A stretch of 64,000 nucleotides of DNA, taken from positions 12,834,001 through 12,898,000 of the forward strand of contig NC_043016.1 in assembly GCF_006345805.1 (NCBI RefSeq), written 5' to 3'. The notes beneath the pieces were generated by a model, which saw only the letters and a list, made by a program, of their open reading frames with translations, had not been told where the DNA came from and searched no databases. The first letter of the stretch is position 1; each line of letters starts with the position of its first letter. This stretch comes from Octopus sinensis. Its lineage: Eukaryota. Position numbers and translations under genes: made by a program. This document shows, piece after piece, positions 1-13,359 of the stretch.

Positions 1-242
1 AGATAATGGAATGAATACTTGGACAAGTCACTGTACGGTATGCATGGGTGTAGTAGTTCAATAACAGGTTTTTTTTCTTTTTTTTTGTGCTATTTTTGTA
101 TACTAAGATTATACAGGTTCAGTTCCACTGCACAGCACCTTGGGCAAGTGCCTTCTACTGTAGCCCTGAACTGACCAAAGCCTTGCAAGTTAATTTGGTA
201 GAAAGAAACTGTGTTGAAGCCTGTTATAAATATATGTATATA

Positions 243-658
243 CTCTTTATTCTCTTTTACTCTTTTACTTGTTTCAGTCATTTTACTGTGGCCATGCTGG
301 AGCACCGCCTTTAGTCAAGCAAATCGAACCCAGGACTTATTCTTTATAAGCCTAGTACTTATTCTATCGGTCTCTTTTGCCAAACCGCTAAGTTACGGGG
401 ACGTAAACACACCAGCATCGGTTGTCATGCGATGTTGGAGGGACAAACACAGGCACACAAACATATACACTCATACATATATATATACATATATACGACA
501 GGCTTCTTTCAGTTTCCGTCTACCAAATCCACTCACAAGGCATTGGTTGGCCCGAGGCTATAGTAGAAGACACTTGCCCAAGGTGCCACGCAGTGGGAAT
601 GAACCCGGAACCATGTGATTGGTACACAAGCTACTTACCACATAGCCACTCCTGCGCC
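243..658 (-). mobile_element. SINE family A (tRNA head + CORE-like segment + microsatellite + second domain + AAAAGAGT tail), young copy nested in an older plus copy (~113-865)
   Basis: Near-identical to 26650-27073, 33618-34036 and 63614-63992. A-box tggctgtgtggt, B-box ggttcagtccc, CORE-like ccttgggcaagt. Identity with published octopus OR SINEs not checked. Confidence 0.85.
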
Positions 659-1764
659 ATATGTGTGTTTATGTTTGTCTCCTCCACTACTTGACAGCCA
701 GTATTGGTTTGTTTTTGTCCCTGTAACTTAGTTCAACAAAAGCATTTGATAAATAAATACCAGACTTTAAAAAAACAAATACTAGGGTGGGTTTGTTTGG
801 CTAAATCCTTCAAGGCTGTATCTCAGCATAGTCTCAGACTGAAGAAAGTACAAGAAAAAAGATAAAATGAAGTCAGAACTTCAACAATGAGGATGGGATT
901 TGGCCTGAAAATCAGTTTATTGGAAAGTGGTAGAAACTTAAATGTAAGAAAAGGGACTTGGAGAAAGAACTTATGATTCCATGAAAAGAAATATTGTTAA
1001 CAACATTCAATTAATGAAGCTTTAAATCTTTTTTCTTTTTTGTTGTTTTTCACTTAGGCAGGAAGTATGAGATTTTTAGAGGAAAGGAAACGAGATTCTG
1101 AGGTCTTTGTGAATTTTGTTTTTTCATTGAAGAAGTAAAAACAATTTACATGTTTAAAACAACTGTCAAATGCATATCTGATATAAGCAGAAACTATTTT
1201 GTGGTTTGTGTATGTTTTCATATTTTCTGGAAATTTGATCTTGTGAAATAGGTTTAGTAACACCAGACTCTTTGAGAGAAACATACTCAGGCACAGAGCT
1301 GAAGATTTTTATCTCTCTTGCATCGGGTAACTATTTTTGTTTCTTGGTGCATTGGAAATCTTCCACATTTTTTCTTCTTCTTTTCGGCTCAAGGGTTCTT
1401 TCTAGAGTTTGATACAAAAAGTCTCCAATTAATGTACACCAATTAAATGTATAAAGTCCAGTCATTACAGATTGGAATTCTGAAGGAATATAAATAAATT
1501 AAACAAATAAAAATAAAGGAGCGGGGATGTTATTGCTTCGTAAAAAGATGTTAAAATTAATGAGAAATACTTCAGGGCTGCTGGTGGTGGTGGTTGAAGG
1601 TGAGGCTTGGGTGGGTGTTATTTCTATCTTCCATACAAGATATGCACCAGTTTTTTTAAATGAAATTAGATAGCATGCCTAATGGTAAGAAAAATGAGCA
1701 AGGAAATTTTAGCAGGAACTAGCTAAGTGGCATAAGACAAAGTTGATATATATACCGTTTAGGT

Positions 1765-1928
1765 CAGGGGTCTTCAAAGTGGTTGATATCAACCCTTGGG
1801 GGTCGATGGGACTATTCAAGGGGTCGATAAATGCACATCTTTATTATTTTCTTGTACATGCCTGGGGTTGGTGAGGGACCAAGGATTCCATGAAGGGGTT
1901 GATGGTGTAAAATGTTTGGGGAACCCTG
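1765..1928. mobile_element. hAT-type MITE, degraded
   Basis: CAGGGGTCTTCAAA...TTGGGGAACCCTG; degenerate 8-bp flanks GTTTAGGT/GTATAGAT. Confidence 0.55.
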
Positions 1929-4348
1929 GTATAGATATTATCTGGACTACTTGATTTGGTAGGCATCTTGGAAGGGCACCAGTTTGAGAAAACCAAAATA
2001 CCAATTACAAACATGCAATGAATTTGATTAGAAAAAGGACTGGTATCATGGATATATATATATATCCTGTCATATCTTAGATGCGTGTTGCATGTATGTA
2101 TGTGTATATGCATGTGTGTGCACATGTAAATGTGTCTGTATATATATATGTGTGTATGTTTGCATGTGTAGGTAAATGTTACATGGGCCAGAATTGTGAA
2201 GTTTAAAATAAATAATGTTGCAAATAATGCCTTTTTTTCTTCTTATCAGTAGCACAATAGGGGTGGTTTAAGAAGTTCATTTTGTAATCATCTTCCTGGG
2301 TTCAGTCTCACCATGTACTGCTCCTAAAGTCTCTTCTATCATAGTTTTGGGTTTACCCAATACTTATGTTATGGAATTGGACAGATGGAAACTATGTAGA
2401 AGCCTATTGGGTTGATTATCTTATTCTTGAGTTACAGACTTGATATATAGCTCGGATGATCACCATTGATCATTGCCACACCATCATCATTAGAAGACAC
2501 CATCATCCTACCACCACCTTTGCTCCCCACCATGGCTGCAACCATCACCTCCACCACCATGCCATCACCTCCACCACCACCACCATGCCCCACACTCTTC
2601 TGCTGAAGGTCATGGATTCTTCCTTGCTCCTCCTGATTAGGCTATAAAACATGAATTTTGTGTAACGTTGACCATGCACGTATGTATAGGTCTGGGTTCT
2701 TTTTCCCTTTAGATGGATTTTCAGTTTCCCATGCATGCAGGTCTCGTATCACCACCAACACCACTACCACCAATGATTATTTAAGGGAAAGGTCTCTGAC
2801 TTTGGAGAGCTGGAACAGATACCACAAGGTATCTTGCAAGATCTTCTAACTGTTCCACCAACCCTGGGATTGGAAATTTGTTTTATTGATCCTGAAAGGA
2901 TGAGAAGCATAGTTGACCTCTGCAGAACATGAACTCGGTGTAGAGAGTTGTAACAGACGAGGCAAGGCATCTTTTTGAGATCTAACAGCTCCACCATCCC
3001 CGGAATGGTACTTATTTTTTTTTTTAATGAATCTGGAAAAATGAAAGACAAATTTGACCTGTGTATAATTTGAACTCATTGTGCAGGGAGTCGGAACAAA
3101 TACAATAAGGTACTCTATCCATTGCTCTAACAATTCTGCCAAATTGCTGCCTTTGTATGTTGTATGTTTAGTGAGAATGTTTGGAAATATTTCTTTTTCA
3201 TCAACATTAATAGTAAATAGTAGTAGAACAGGTTTAGTCTGTAGCTGGTTCAGTATTAATTATGGAGCCAAAAATGACTTGATGAAATGTGGGATAGCTT
3301 TTTGTGTACAAGTGGTTTTTTTTTTGCCTTTTTACATATGTGTATAAAAAGCTTTTGCTGCTGTTAACTAATTCAGTGTTGTTGCCGTCCAGCTGCTGGT
3401 GGTCAGTTCTGATCTATTAGACAAACAGTTGAAAACATTCCAGCTGAGATCATTTTTGTCTAGGACTTCATGCTTACTGGCAGAGCACCTCTGACCATAT
3501 GTCTGCTGGATCGTGGCTGACCAATGGTGAAACAGCAACAGTTGCACATCACTGCTGTTCTTTTCTTATACAAAATAACCCTGCAGTTGTAGTTACAATA
3601 TATGCATTTTGTCGGTCAAATTGTTGGACGGTAATTGAAAGAAGCTTAGTTAAACAAGCTTATTTCGCTATTTGATGTCTCACATGTTCACTTGAATAAG
3701 ACAGGATCTTTTAGTCAAATATATACATATTTTATTTAACTAGTTGTTCTATTATAGATCACATTTTCTTTGTGTTAGCAGTTGAGATCTGAAATAAGGT
3801 GCTACTTGATATCTAAGATGTAAATAAAGATTTGCTCAAAGGGGAACTGAAATATGCATTAAACCCTCATTACGTAGTGTTAGTTGACTACTACCTTCAC
3901 AACATTTCCATTGCATCTATGTTTATGTTCACATGACCTTGTAAGTAAGTGTTTGTATATGCAGTAGTCTTCCTGTTTTATTAAATGTATCTGATGTCAT
4001 TGTCATCATCATCATCATCATTGTTTAATGTTTGTTTTCCATGCTGGCATGGATTGAACTATTTAACAGGAGCTGGCAAGTCAGAAGACTGTGCCAAGAT
4101 CCACTGTTTGCCTTGGCATGGTGTCCATAGCCGGACGCTCTTCCTAATGTCATCTACTTTACAGAGTGTAACTGGGTGATTTTTCTGTGGCACCAACACC
4201 AGTGAGGTCACCAAGTAACTTGCAAGACGAAGATCCCTCGATTGAGAGGAGGTGGTTTTGTGCCAGGGGAGGAGAAATTAAAGTATGATAGAGGACCAGA
4301 AACAGGTGTCATTCTGTAGAGGAGGTACATGGCTACCCCAGACAGAAA

Positions 4349-4382
<34 letters not shown>

Positions 4383-4619
4383 AAAGACGGTGGTGAAGAT
4401 ATGTCAGGGCATACACTCAAGGCACAGGAGATATGTCTGGGTATGCCATAGCTGTTGGAGTCCAACTTGAGAAATTCTAACAGTGCTGTTTTTTATGTTT
4501 TACTTTGACCCCCACTGCACTGTGAATATTAAGACATTTGTCAATGTTAGTGACATGAAGAAGCTACATTCTCTAAAAAACAAATTTAAGAGAAAACATT
4601 GTCAGAAAATTGTTGTGCT

Positions 4620-4975
4620 TTATGTCTCTCTTACTTGTTTTCAGTCATTGAGCTGTGGCCATACTGGGGCACCACCTTGAAATGTTTAATCAAACAAATC
4701 AACTTCTTTCCTTTTTTTAAAGTCTGGTACTTTATCAGTCTCTTTTGCTGAACCACTAGGTTATGAGGATGCAAACAAACCAACTCCAGTTAAGTAATGG
4801 AGAGGCAGCGAGACATAGACACAAACAGGTCTATCTCTATGGTTGGCTTCCACACAATATCTAATTCAGTAACAAACCTAAGTTGGCCCAGGGCTATAGT
4901 AGAAGACATATGCCCAAAGCTGTGCTATGGAACTGAACTAGAAACCACATAATTGTTAAGGGAGCTTCTTGATTG
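4620..4975 (-). mobile_element. SINE family A, diverged
   Basis: Same domain order as 243-658 with many substitutions. Confidence 0.7.
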
Positions 4976-6147
4976 TTTGTTTGTTTTTTCTTATACAAAA
5001 CACATTAAATACCGTTTAATATTTTCTCATGTTGTACAGATAGAAATGGTAGTGCGCTTGTAAAGACAGCAGAAACAGTGGTGGTGTCTGAATTGGATGT
5101 CATTGGCAATTCTGCAAAGTCAATCGTGATTGTCCAAATTTATTTATTGTAAACCTCCATTTAATAAAATAGACTGCTACATATACAAACATGGAGCTTT
5201 ACATAATCACATGGATATGATCATGTATATCAATGTGGAATCCACCAATCCAGTTGCTAACTGTTTCATTTTTTTTTTACACTCACATTCATTATTGAGA
5301 TATTCTATTTGCTCTGGGTTGAAGTATTGGACAGCTCCATGTCAAAATATCCAACTCATGCCAGCATGAAAAGCAGACATTAAACGATGATGATGGTAGT
5401 TGGTGTTTGGAACAAATTAACATAAAATTTTGATGGGGGATTATAATTTAGATCACTTTGAAACAAATAGTGAATTTCTGTCATAAAACCAGGAACAGTC
5501 TCAGGTAGGTTGGTATCAAAAGGTTAAATAGTTTTGCATTGCATGTATTTGGTCCTGTAGTGTGGCCTTTGTTTGCAGACAAGCTTTCCTATTGCATTCA
5601 CTATTCTTGTCATTTTGATTGGCACCAAAGATTGCTCTCTTATTATCAACTACTTAATTTGAGTGTTGTTCTTATCAAGCCAATCTTTGTTTTGTAAAAC
5701 CCAAGTACCCTTGACAAGCTGTAGATATCTCTGCATTTAGAGTGAATCATATCTCGATAGTCACAAGTTAGATGGGTGATAGTTTATCATCTAGAGACAC
5801 CGCTAAAGTTACTCTACCTTTACTGGATCTGAAAAAAGATTCGGTGTTGATTTTCTGTTAACATTGTTTTTGTTGTCGGCATCACTTTGCCATAAATTAC
5901 TTAATACCATGTTGGATAGTATTTGGAGGTGATCCATCGAGTAGTTATTGGCTCCTGTTATTTGCATATAGTTGTGATCATGGGTCTGAATGATGCCAAT
6001 ACTTTATGACAGAGGCCTCTAAGGAATTCCTGGTAGCCTCTGTGATAAAGCACTGCCTTTTTTTCTTGTTAGAGAATAGTATGCTGGTGACTACTAGTGT
6101 ATTTATAGCTGTTTTAGTTTCATGTTGATCCTGATTGAGCAGGTCTA

Positions 6148-6398
6148 TCATCATCATCATCGTTTAACGTCCGTTCTCCATGCTAGCATGGGTTGGACGG
6201 TTCGACTGGGGATCTGGGAAGCCAGAAGGCTGCACCAGGCTCCGGTCTTATCTGGCAATGTTTCTACAGCTAGATGCCCTTCCTAACGCCAACCACTCCG
6301 AGAGTGTAGTGGGTGCTTTTTACGTGCCACCCACACAGGTGCCAGGCGAGGCTGGCATCGGCCACGGTCGGATTGGTGCATTTTACGTGCCACCAGCA
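6148..6398 (-). mobile_element. SINE family C (ggaagggcatccagctgtagaaac domain, (GAT)n tail; probably RTE-mobilised)
   Basis: Matches 39715-39865 (+) and 55690-55930 (+); older copies at ~3995-4330, 15455-15600 and 32790-32935. Confidence 0.78.
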
Positions 6399-7544
6399 TG
6401 GAAGCCTATAATCATCAAAAACATTTCAACCATGTTTTTGGATACATATCAAGGCATACAATATCCAACATGTCTTTTAAGATATTAAGATGTGATTTGA
6501 GGAAGATTCAGTTGCTATTTCTGGTGGGGTCCAATGACCATATAGAGGTGCCTTCACTAGCTTGTTGTACCTGTGAGGTGTCTGTGAATTTTCATTTCTG
6601 AATTGCTCCTAACCTCGGCTTTTCCAGTGCATCTATTGGTTGCACTTAAAGTTCTGCAAACAAGAAAAGGAAATAAGTGAGTAAAGAACAAAGCGGGACC
6701 GAGGGACATGTTTGTAGACAGATTTAGCACTTGTCAGTTTGGAAAAGTAAACATATAACAGGAAAATAAAACATGAAAGGTAACGATTGTTTAAATAGTT
6801 TTGTTGAATTTCTTGGCTTGGAATTTAGAATCTATTTGTGTATTTGTTGCTTTTTAAAATTGTTTTTGAAAAACATTTCCTTTTTTTTTTTTTTTCACAT
6901 TAAATAAAATAACACTGATGGTAGTCGTTGATTGAGCAAGGCATATGGCAGAAGACCATTCAGCTATGTCTGTCCCATCACTTTTTTTTTATTATCTCAG
7001 ATGTATAGTAAATTTAGTGCTTTATGCTTCATGCACCAAGGTTTCCCCATGAGACCTTAGAACCTCTCATAACATGAGCACAAGATCAAAGAGGAGATTT
7101 ATGGGCACATACCACCCATCTCTACTATTGTTGCTCAATAGGCTTTGCTTGCTGCCACTGCTACTGCTGCTGCTCTCATGTTGAACACCAGGTCATATTG
7201 GATATTTTGGAAACTTCCAATCCCTAACAGCAGAAAACCACTATCATCAGTACATTGATGTTATTGACGGACATATAAAATTGAGGACTTACCTAACCTG
7301 ATGAGGGATAGGTTCCTGGTGTGGCAGTATAAAATCTTAGTGTGTGCATGAAGAGGAACCTAGAACTATATTATCTAATAAGTCTTATTTAAAAAAATTT
7401 AGTGGCATTTCAGGGAAATTTGGATGCTATGTCTAGCAGTTATTTTGACTGACATTTTTATTTGGTTCAGTATTATTATATGAACATAAATGCAGTTGGT
7501 ATGATACACATATATATAAAGCTCTTTTTTTTTGAGTACATGTT

Positions 7545-7790
7545 CTTTGAACTTTCAACATGAAACTTCTCCAAAAACCATCGTCAAGATCCAGAGCAAA
7601 TCACAGAATGTCCTCGACTAGCTTGTGGAAAAATGACTTCCAGACTGATTCCAAGTGTGGCAGGAATGCCGGGAGAGGTGTATTGCTGCACAAGGTAGCT
7701 ATTTCAAAGGAGATGATGTAAAAACTTAGGTAAATAAGTTATTTTATATGAAGCATAACTAGCCTGAGAACCTTTTATTAGCACCTTGCA
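7545..7790 (+). mobile_element. Tc1/mariner transposon 3' fossil
   Basis: Disrupted reading KIQSKSQNVLD*...FQVWQECRERCIAAQGSYFKGD resembles the mariner transposase C-terminus (W..C....G.YFEGD). Confidence 0.7.
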
Positions 7791-7959
7791 TGGTTAGAAC
7801 CCAAACTGTATCCTCTTGAAGCACATCTGCTTATTGTACTTTATTTGATTCTCTGTCTGAGGAATTTCTAATATGTTTAACTTGCATGTACAACTTAGTA
7901 ATTCCTCTTGGCAAATGAAACATGTGTAATGGTGAATAAATAGTAACAAAAACATTTTT

Positions 7960-8230
7960 TCAACTCTGTTATATATGTGTATTCTGTGTCTGTGTGTGTA
8001 CTCTGTAAATGTACTCTGTGTAATCTGTCTGTGTACTCTGTGTGTATGTGTATACTCTGTGTGTGTCTTGTTTGTTTGTTGTGTGTGTTTATTGTGTGTG
8101 TGTGTTTGTTGTGTATGTTTGTTGTGTGTGTTTGTTGTGTGTGTACCGTATGTGTAGTGTGAGTGTACTGTGTATGTGCGAACTGTGTGTGCTTTGTAGT
8201 GTGTGTGTGAGTGTGTGCATTCACATACAC
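7960..8230. repeat. Degenerate (TG)n low-complexity tract
   Basis: Direct inspection. Confidence 0.9.
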
Positions 8231-8369
8231 ACTTATGTGTACATATAAATACAAACTGATATTTGAACCACCTCCACGACTTTTTTTTTTTTTGTAATAA
8301 TAGATTTCTTTCTGTATTTTGGATTGAGTCCTTTGGTCTGTGTTTCTTATTTATCACTAAACAACCCTA

Positions 8370-8400
<31 letters not shown>

Positions 8401-9147
8401 ATATATGTACATATATGTGTATGTGTGTATGCGTTTGTGTACACGCACACACCCACACATGTATAATTAGAATTAATTGTTCTAAGCTCAGTCTATAAGT
8501 AGGTACTTTGCAGTGGTATAGCTTGTTGCGATCGCTATTAGATCAGTGTGTAGTAGCTTCACTAGCATGTGTTATTGAGTTCAAATACTTGCGTGAGTGA
8601 GTGAGAGAGAGACATGGTCTGTCAAGGTAGGCTTGACCTTGATTACGCTGCTGTTGTCAAGACAACATTTTCATGTCCGCGTTATCATCTATGATTCTGT
8701 TAAGGAACTATTCACATTATATATAAAATCAGCTGTGCATTTCTTTCTCTCTCTCTGTCTCTTTTTTTTAAATAAAAGAACATGTGTGTGTATGTATATT
8801 TACACGGACACTTGTGTGTGTATATTGATTATGGAAGTATATACCTTTGTAATGATATAATTTTCAGAAAACTCATCTGTATGTACATACATCCACACAT
8901 AGACACACTGAAAATAAACGCAGAATGCAAAATGAAAACCAAGATCTTTTAATTTGTTAGAAAAAAAAAAGAAAAAATAGAAATCGATATTTTGTTATTT
9001 TACAAGATAGAATATATCTGCGGCTGAGAATGTGTAACTATTATAGAGAATAGCCATAAAAGATATTTGTTTATTATAAACCTTAATTTATTGATTTCTG
9101 CTAATGCAACTACTTTATCAGCTGTCATTGGCTCAATCTGTTTACGC

Positions 9148-9179
<32 letters not shown>

Positions 9180-9828
9180 TTTTTTTTATGTAAATCTTCT
9201 CTCTCTCTCTCTAATAAGAGCAGTTGAGTGGATATAAATATTATAAATTCCTTTTGAAGTGCTTGCATTTTTTTTCTAGCATGACTGACAAAAACTAATG
9301 GGAAAATATTTCTCCCTCCCTCTCTCACTCTATGTGTGTGTATATATATATATAGTTGTATTTATAATCTATCCTTCATTATGTTGTCAGCACTGAGAAT
9401 ACTATCTCATTCCATGGCATTTCCTTCTAGCGATTTGTTCTTTTTTTTCCTTCTCTTTTTGTATGTGTGTGAAAATGCGTAATGTCTTTCACCATTTGGT
9501 AACAAGCATCTGTTTATTTGAATTCAATGGTTTCATCGTGACCTTCCATAAAAATCGAGAGTGATAAGTGAATGGCCTGGTAGGAGGGATGACAGCTATT
9601 CACATACACGCACACTGGCTTTTCCCTGTTATTTTCCTGAACTCATTTTTGTTTAAATTATGAAAATGACCTGGGCTATAAATTCTTTTTTTTTTGTATT
9701 CTCTTTTTCTGTTTTTTTTTTTTTGGGGGGGGGGGGGTTACACTAGATAAAAGACAGTTGTCATGCTGATGTTTATTGAGTCAGAAACACATGCCCCCAT
9801 GACTGTCCAGCTGTCCTCTTATCTCCAG

Positions 9829-9855
9829 ACAATAAGCATATCCTTTTCCTGAATG
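9829..9855 (+). CDS. Candidate 27-nt exon ending in the start codon (UTR + ATG) of the CEP170-like gene
   Basis: ctgtcctcttatctccag|ACAATAAGCATATCCTTTTCCTGAATG|gtatgt. In-frame TGA immediately precedes the ATG; phase-0 donor would give MDKEKYLSPEW... Splice-signal inference only. Confidence 0.35.
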
Positions 9856-9957
9856 GTATGTAAACTTAGGAGAATTCTTGAATGATGAGATTATCTCCCT
9901 TCCTCAAGAGGAACAGGTCTTAATTGGCATTTGGTAATTATGACACATCCTCCAGAT

Positions 9958-10215
9958 CAGCGTTTCTCAACCATCTTTTTTTTTGTCTTATCTATGGGTC
10001 CCTTCGATCTCTATTTTACTTGGATGCAACCTTATAAACATTCAGTGTTAAAGAATCTCATTTTTATAATTAAATATTTAGAATTTTATTTTTTTTAAAA
10101 TCAATATATTTTGTGTAATGCAGAAGTAAAACAAATTTATTTTGCATAAATTTTAACTGCAAAAATTAACATTGACACTCAGTGATTATATGGACCTCCT
10201 GATGAGAATCGGTTA
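9958..10215. mobile_element. hAT-type MITE, degraded
   Basis: CAGCGTTTCTCAACC left end; interior related to 15626-15943. Confidence 0.6.
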
Positions 10216-10535
10216 TCTAGAGGCAAGAAAAATTTTCAATAAATCAAGAATTTACATTGTATGGTATTTCATGTACTTGTATTCATTTGTGCTGTGCCAT
10301 TCAACAGATCCATACTTCATAAACTTTTATTGGAACTTAATTTTCAAAAGAACCTGATTGTTTTCATTGCTGAAAAATATTCAAAGGAACAACACACTGC
10401 TCTCAGTTATTGTCAGCTGTCAGCAGCACTGTATGTAAATCCTCCTGTTTTTGAAGAAGAATCAGTTTCACCTGGTTAGTTTAACCAAATTAAACTTTAA
10501 TACACCTGGGCAACGGCACGGTTGAATTTGTTTAA

Positions 10536-10754
10536 CCCTTTTGTTACTGTATTTCTGTTGAGATGCTCTGTGTTTCTTTAAATTAATTTCAAATATAACA
10601 AAGAATTTAGTAAAATAACTTAGTTATCATTCAGCTAGTGTTAAGAACATAAATTGTGACTAAGGTTTGGTGGAAGATTTTAATTCAAAACATGAAAACA
10701 AGACATTTGTTCTCAGAGCCAGAACTGGTTTCAGCTGGGTTGGTAACGAAAGGG
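10536..10754. mobile_element. piggyBac-type MITE (TTAA target)
   Basis: TTAA|CCCTTTTGTTAC...GTAACGAAAGGG|TTAA; relatives at ~5395-5528, 17855-17962, 20985-21135, 25615-25825 and 43638-43890. Confidence 0.82.
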
Positions 10755-11361
10755 TTAAGTGACATATGATGGACTTTAGAGAAAGAAAATCTCCTTGCGA
10801 ATATCGTGCTATAAAAAGGTATATCTAAAAGTATTTGTCTAAAATTAAAATGAACATGCAGGTACAGGTGTGGCTGTGTAGTAAGAAGTGTGCTTCTCAA
10901 TCACATTGTTCCAGGTTCAGCCCCACTGTGTGGCACCTTGGCAATACCACTAACTAACATCAGCTTCTACAACCATTAACAACACATGAATACAAACAAA
11001 CACCAACAAAAATGCCGACATATCTAACAATCAACTCCAGCTGATATGTGTCTATTTCACCCATCATGGATTTCTCAAGTGCTATTGAAATAAGTTTACC
11101 CCCCCCCCCTCCTTTTTTTATCTTAAGTGAAGTTACTACAAAGCAATAATTGAGAATTTTTTTCAATTGATATTTTTGTTCTTTTCTGTATCAATATTGC
11201 AATAATAGTATGAAGTAGTGGTGATTGATACTTGTAAAACTTTTAACAGGTTGTGTGAGTTCTTATAATCAAATAAAATTCCTGCCCTCTTTTTAATATC
11301 CATAGATGGTTCCTATAAGGTAAACTCATACTGATAGAAGCAGCATCAAAAATTCTCAAAT

Positions 11362-11830
11362 AGGTGCAGCATGGCTGTGTGGTTGGAAGCTTGCTTTGTA
11401 ACCACACAATCCTCAGTTTAGTCCCACTGTGTGGCACTTTAGGCAAGTGTTTTCTACAATAGCAGGGTTTCTCAACCACCTTTTTTTTTTTTTTATCTAT
11501 GGACCCTTTTGATTATTATTTTATTCTGGTGGACCCCTTAGCCATTCTATGTTTAAAAACTAGTTTTATAGAAACCTCTTCCAAAATTCTTATTTTGTTC
11601 TTCACCCATTAACTTGTGTAGGTTGAACAAAGTAAAATGGTAGAGAAAGAAACCCAATTTGCTACTTTGTTGCATGGACTCCTCCAAAATCTTATATGGA
11701 TCCCAGTTGAGAACCACTGCACTATAACCTTGGGCCAACCAGAGCCCTGTGGATGGATTTGATAGACGGAAACTGAAAGAATCCTGTTGTGTAAATACAT
11801 CTATATATCTATGTGTGTCTCTATTTGTGG
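11362..11830 (+). mobile_element. SINE family A 5' half, split by a hAT MITE
   Basis: Head and CORE-like part up to 11462; sequence resumes at 11720 (cactataaccttgggcc...). Confidence 0.7.
11463..11719. mobile_element. hAT-type MITE (same family as 15626) nested in a SINE
   Basis: CAGGGTTTCTCAAC...GTTGAGAACCACTG; degenerate 8-bp TSD tacaatag/cactataa. Confidence 0.8.
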
Positions 11831-12625
11831 AGTCAATTCAGTCAACTAAAAATTCTTCAAGACAGTGCCACATTATGGCCTTAGTTTAATGACTGAAACA
11901 AGTAAAAGATAACTCATACCCTACGAGATTAGAAAGAAAGGATACCACTCCACTTAGCTGTTGTAGTTATTGGATGCTTCTAAAAAAAAAAGAGACGGTT
12001 GTAGTTGGAATGTCTGTTTGATCTATGTTCTATGGCTAAAGAACAACACTTGTGAACCCTATTTCCATTCATTGCCCAGAAACTTTTATTATTTTTACTC
12101 AAATATTTTCTTGATTTGATTCTCTAATTTGTTGCTCTTTTAATGAGGATTGATAGTCTATTAACTTTTGTTAGGGGTTAGAAAATTTCTAAACTTTGAT
12201 CTATCAACTATTTTCAATTGATTAGGGTCTTGTTGAACTTCCTTTCTGTCATATTGTAGAGTTTTTCACTGGGTGGAATCTTAGATCAACCAGTGTTAAA
12301 AAAGAAAGGTGGCAAGCTAACAAAACAAAGAACTAGAAGAAATACTACTAACCATTTTGAGTTCAAATCTTGCTGAGGTCAACTTTGCCTTTCATCTCTC
12401 TGGGCTTGTTAACATAAAGCACCAGGCAAAAACTGGAGTTGATGGAATTGGCTTGTTCCCTTCCATAAAAATTTACTGGCCTTGTACCCTGCAATGAACT
12501 GGCATCCTGTTCGGGTGAATGTTGTCATCTTGGTCACTTACAGGCTATGGCAACCAAGAAAAGAAAAATAACCTACTCATGAAAGGGTATAGTTTTGTGG
12601 TTAAGGTTTTTTTTTTTTTATATTA

Positions 12626-12877
12626 ACAATTCTATAAATAATAATAATTATATTTTATAAGCTTAGAGCTTATAAGCTATCACTGTGAATTAACTAAAGA
12701 AAATAGCCTAATATTGGGGCATATTGATGCAAAAATGTGGATTTTCTGTACAGAAAACCCACTTTTTTTCTCCATTGAGGGCTTATATGCTCCAATATTA
12801 GACTATTTTTTTTAGTCAATACACGGTAATCGCTTATAAGCTTTAAGTTTATAAAATATTATTATTTACAGAATTGT
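12626..12877. repeat. ~250-bp imperfect palindrome without spacer
   Basis: Centre gtggattttctgtacagaaaacccac (12737-12762); arms match as reverse complements out to acaattct/agaattgt. Confidence 0.8.
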
Positions 12878-13359
12878 CACTCATCACCACTTCTCAAATC
12901 ATTGCAGAAAACGCATATTAATACGTAATACAGTGTTATAATAAAATGTATATTACTCCATCAGGGATGAGGCTAAATGTCTGAAACCAGTAATTAGACT
13001 TTCTTCATATTCTGCAGTGTGAGTCAGAATAACGATTTCCTCAGATGTTCAAATGACATCATTTCGGAAATTTTATGTCTCTTTCAACAACAACAACAAC
13101 AACAACAAAACAAAGACCACAGTATCACACTTGCCAATTAAATCTTCATTGCATAAATTCATTTAGGAAGGACTTATTCTATAAAATAGTAACATCTGGT
13201 GTTTTTTTTTTTTCCCCAAATTAAATTGGAATGATTTAGGTGATGAAAGATTGTCATCTTTGCAATCAACAATTACTGGGAACATCCCGCTTTTATGACC
13301 TTGAATATAAATGAATATTAATTAATTGGAACTGAAATCCATGAAATGTTATTTTGAAG

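Noticed and set aside
211-694. Recurring similar ORFs (also 26717-27040, 33564-34041, 63756-63959, 24483-24770, 35989-36222)
   Set aside because: They are reading frames across copies of non-coding SINEs, not a gene family.
1059-1103. Possible exon AGSMRFLEERKRDSE after a good acceptor
   Set aside because: The only in-frame donor (GAG|gtcttt) is very weak.
2456-2647. His-rich ORF
   Set aside because: Degenerate (CAC/CAT)n repeat.
7297-7330. Other CTGA(T/A)GA hits (838, 7297, 10199, 22321, 41266, 50095, 57561, 62127; minus 17775, 41578, 45911, 58590)
   Set aside because: No stem II plus GAAA plus stem III/UH plus stem I arrangement follows them.
7794-8357. His/Thr- and Cys/Val-rich ORFs on both strands
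   Set aside because: Translations of a (TG)n tract.
10261-10479. Protein-like ORF ending ...NPPVFEEESVSPG
   Set aside because: No convincing acceptor and no recognisable homology; sits between two MITEs.
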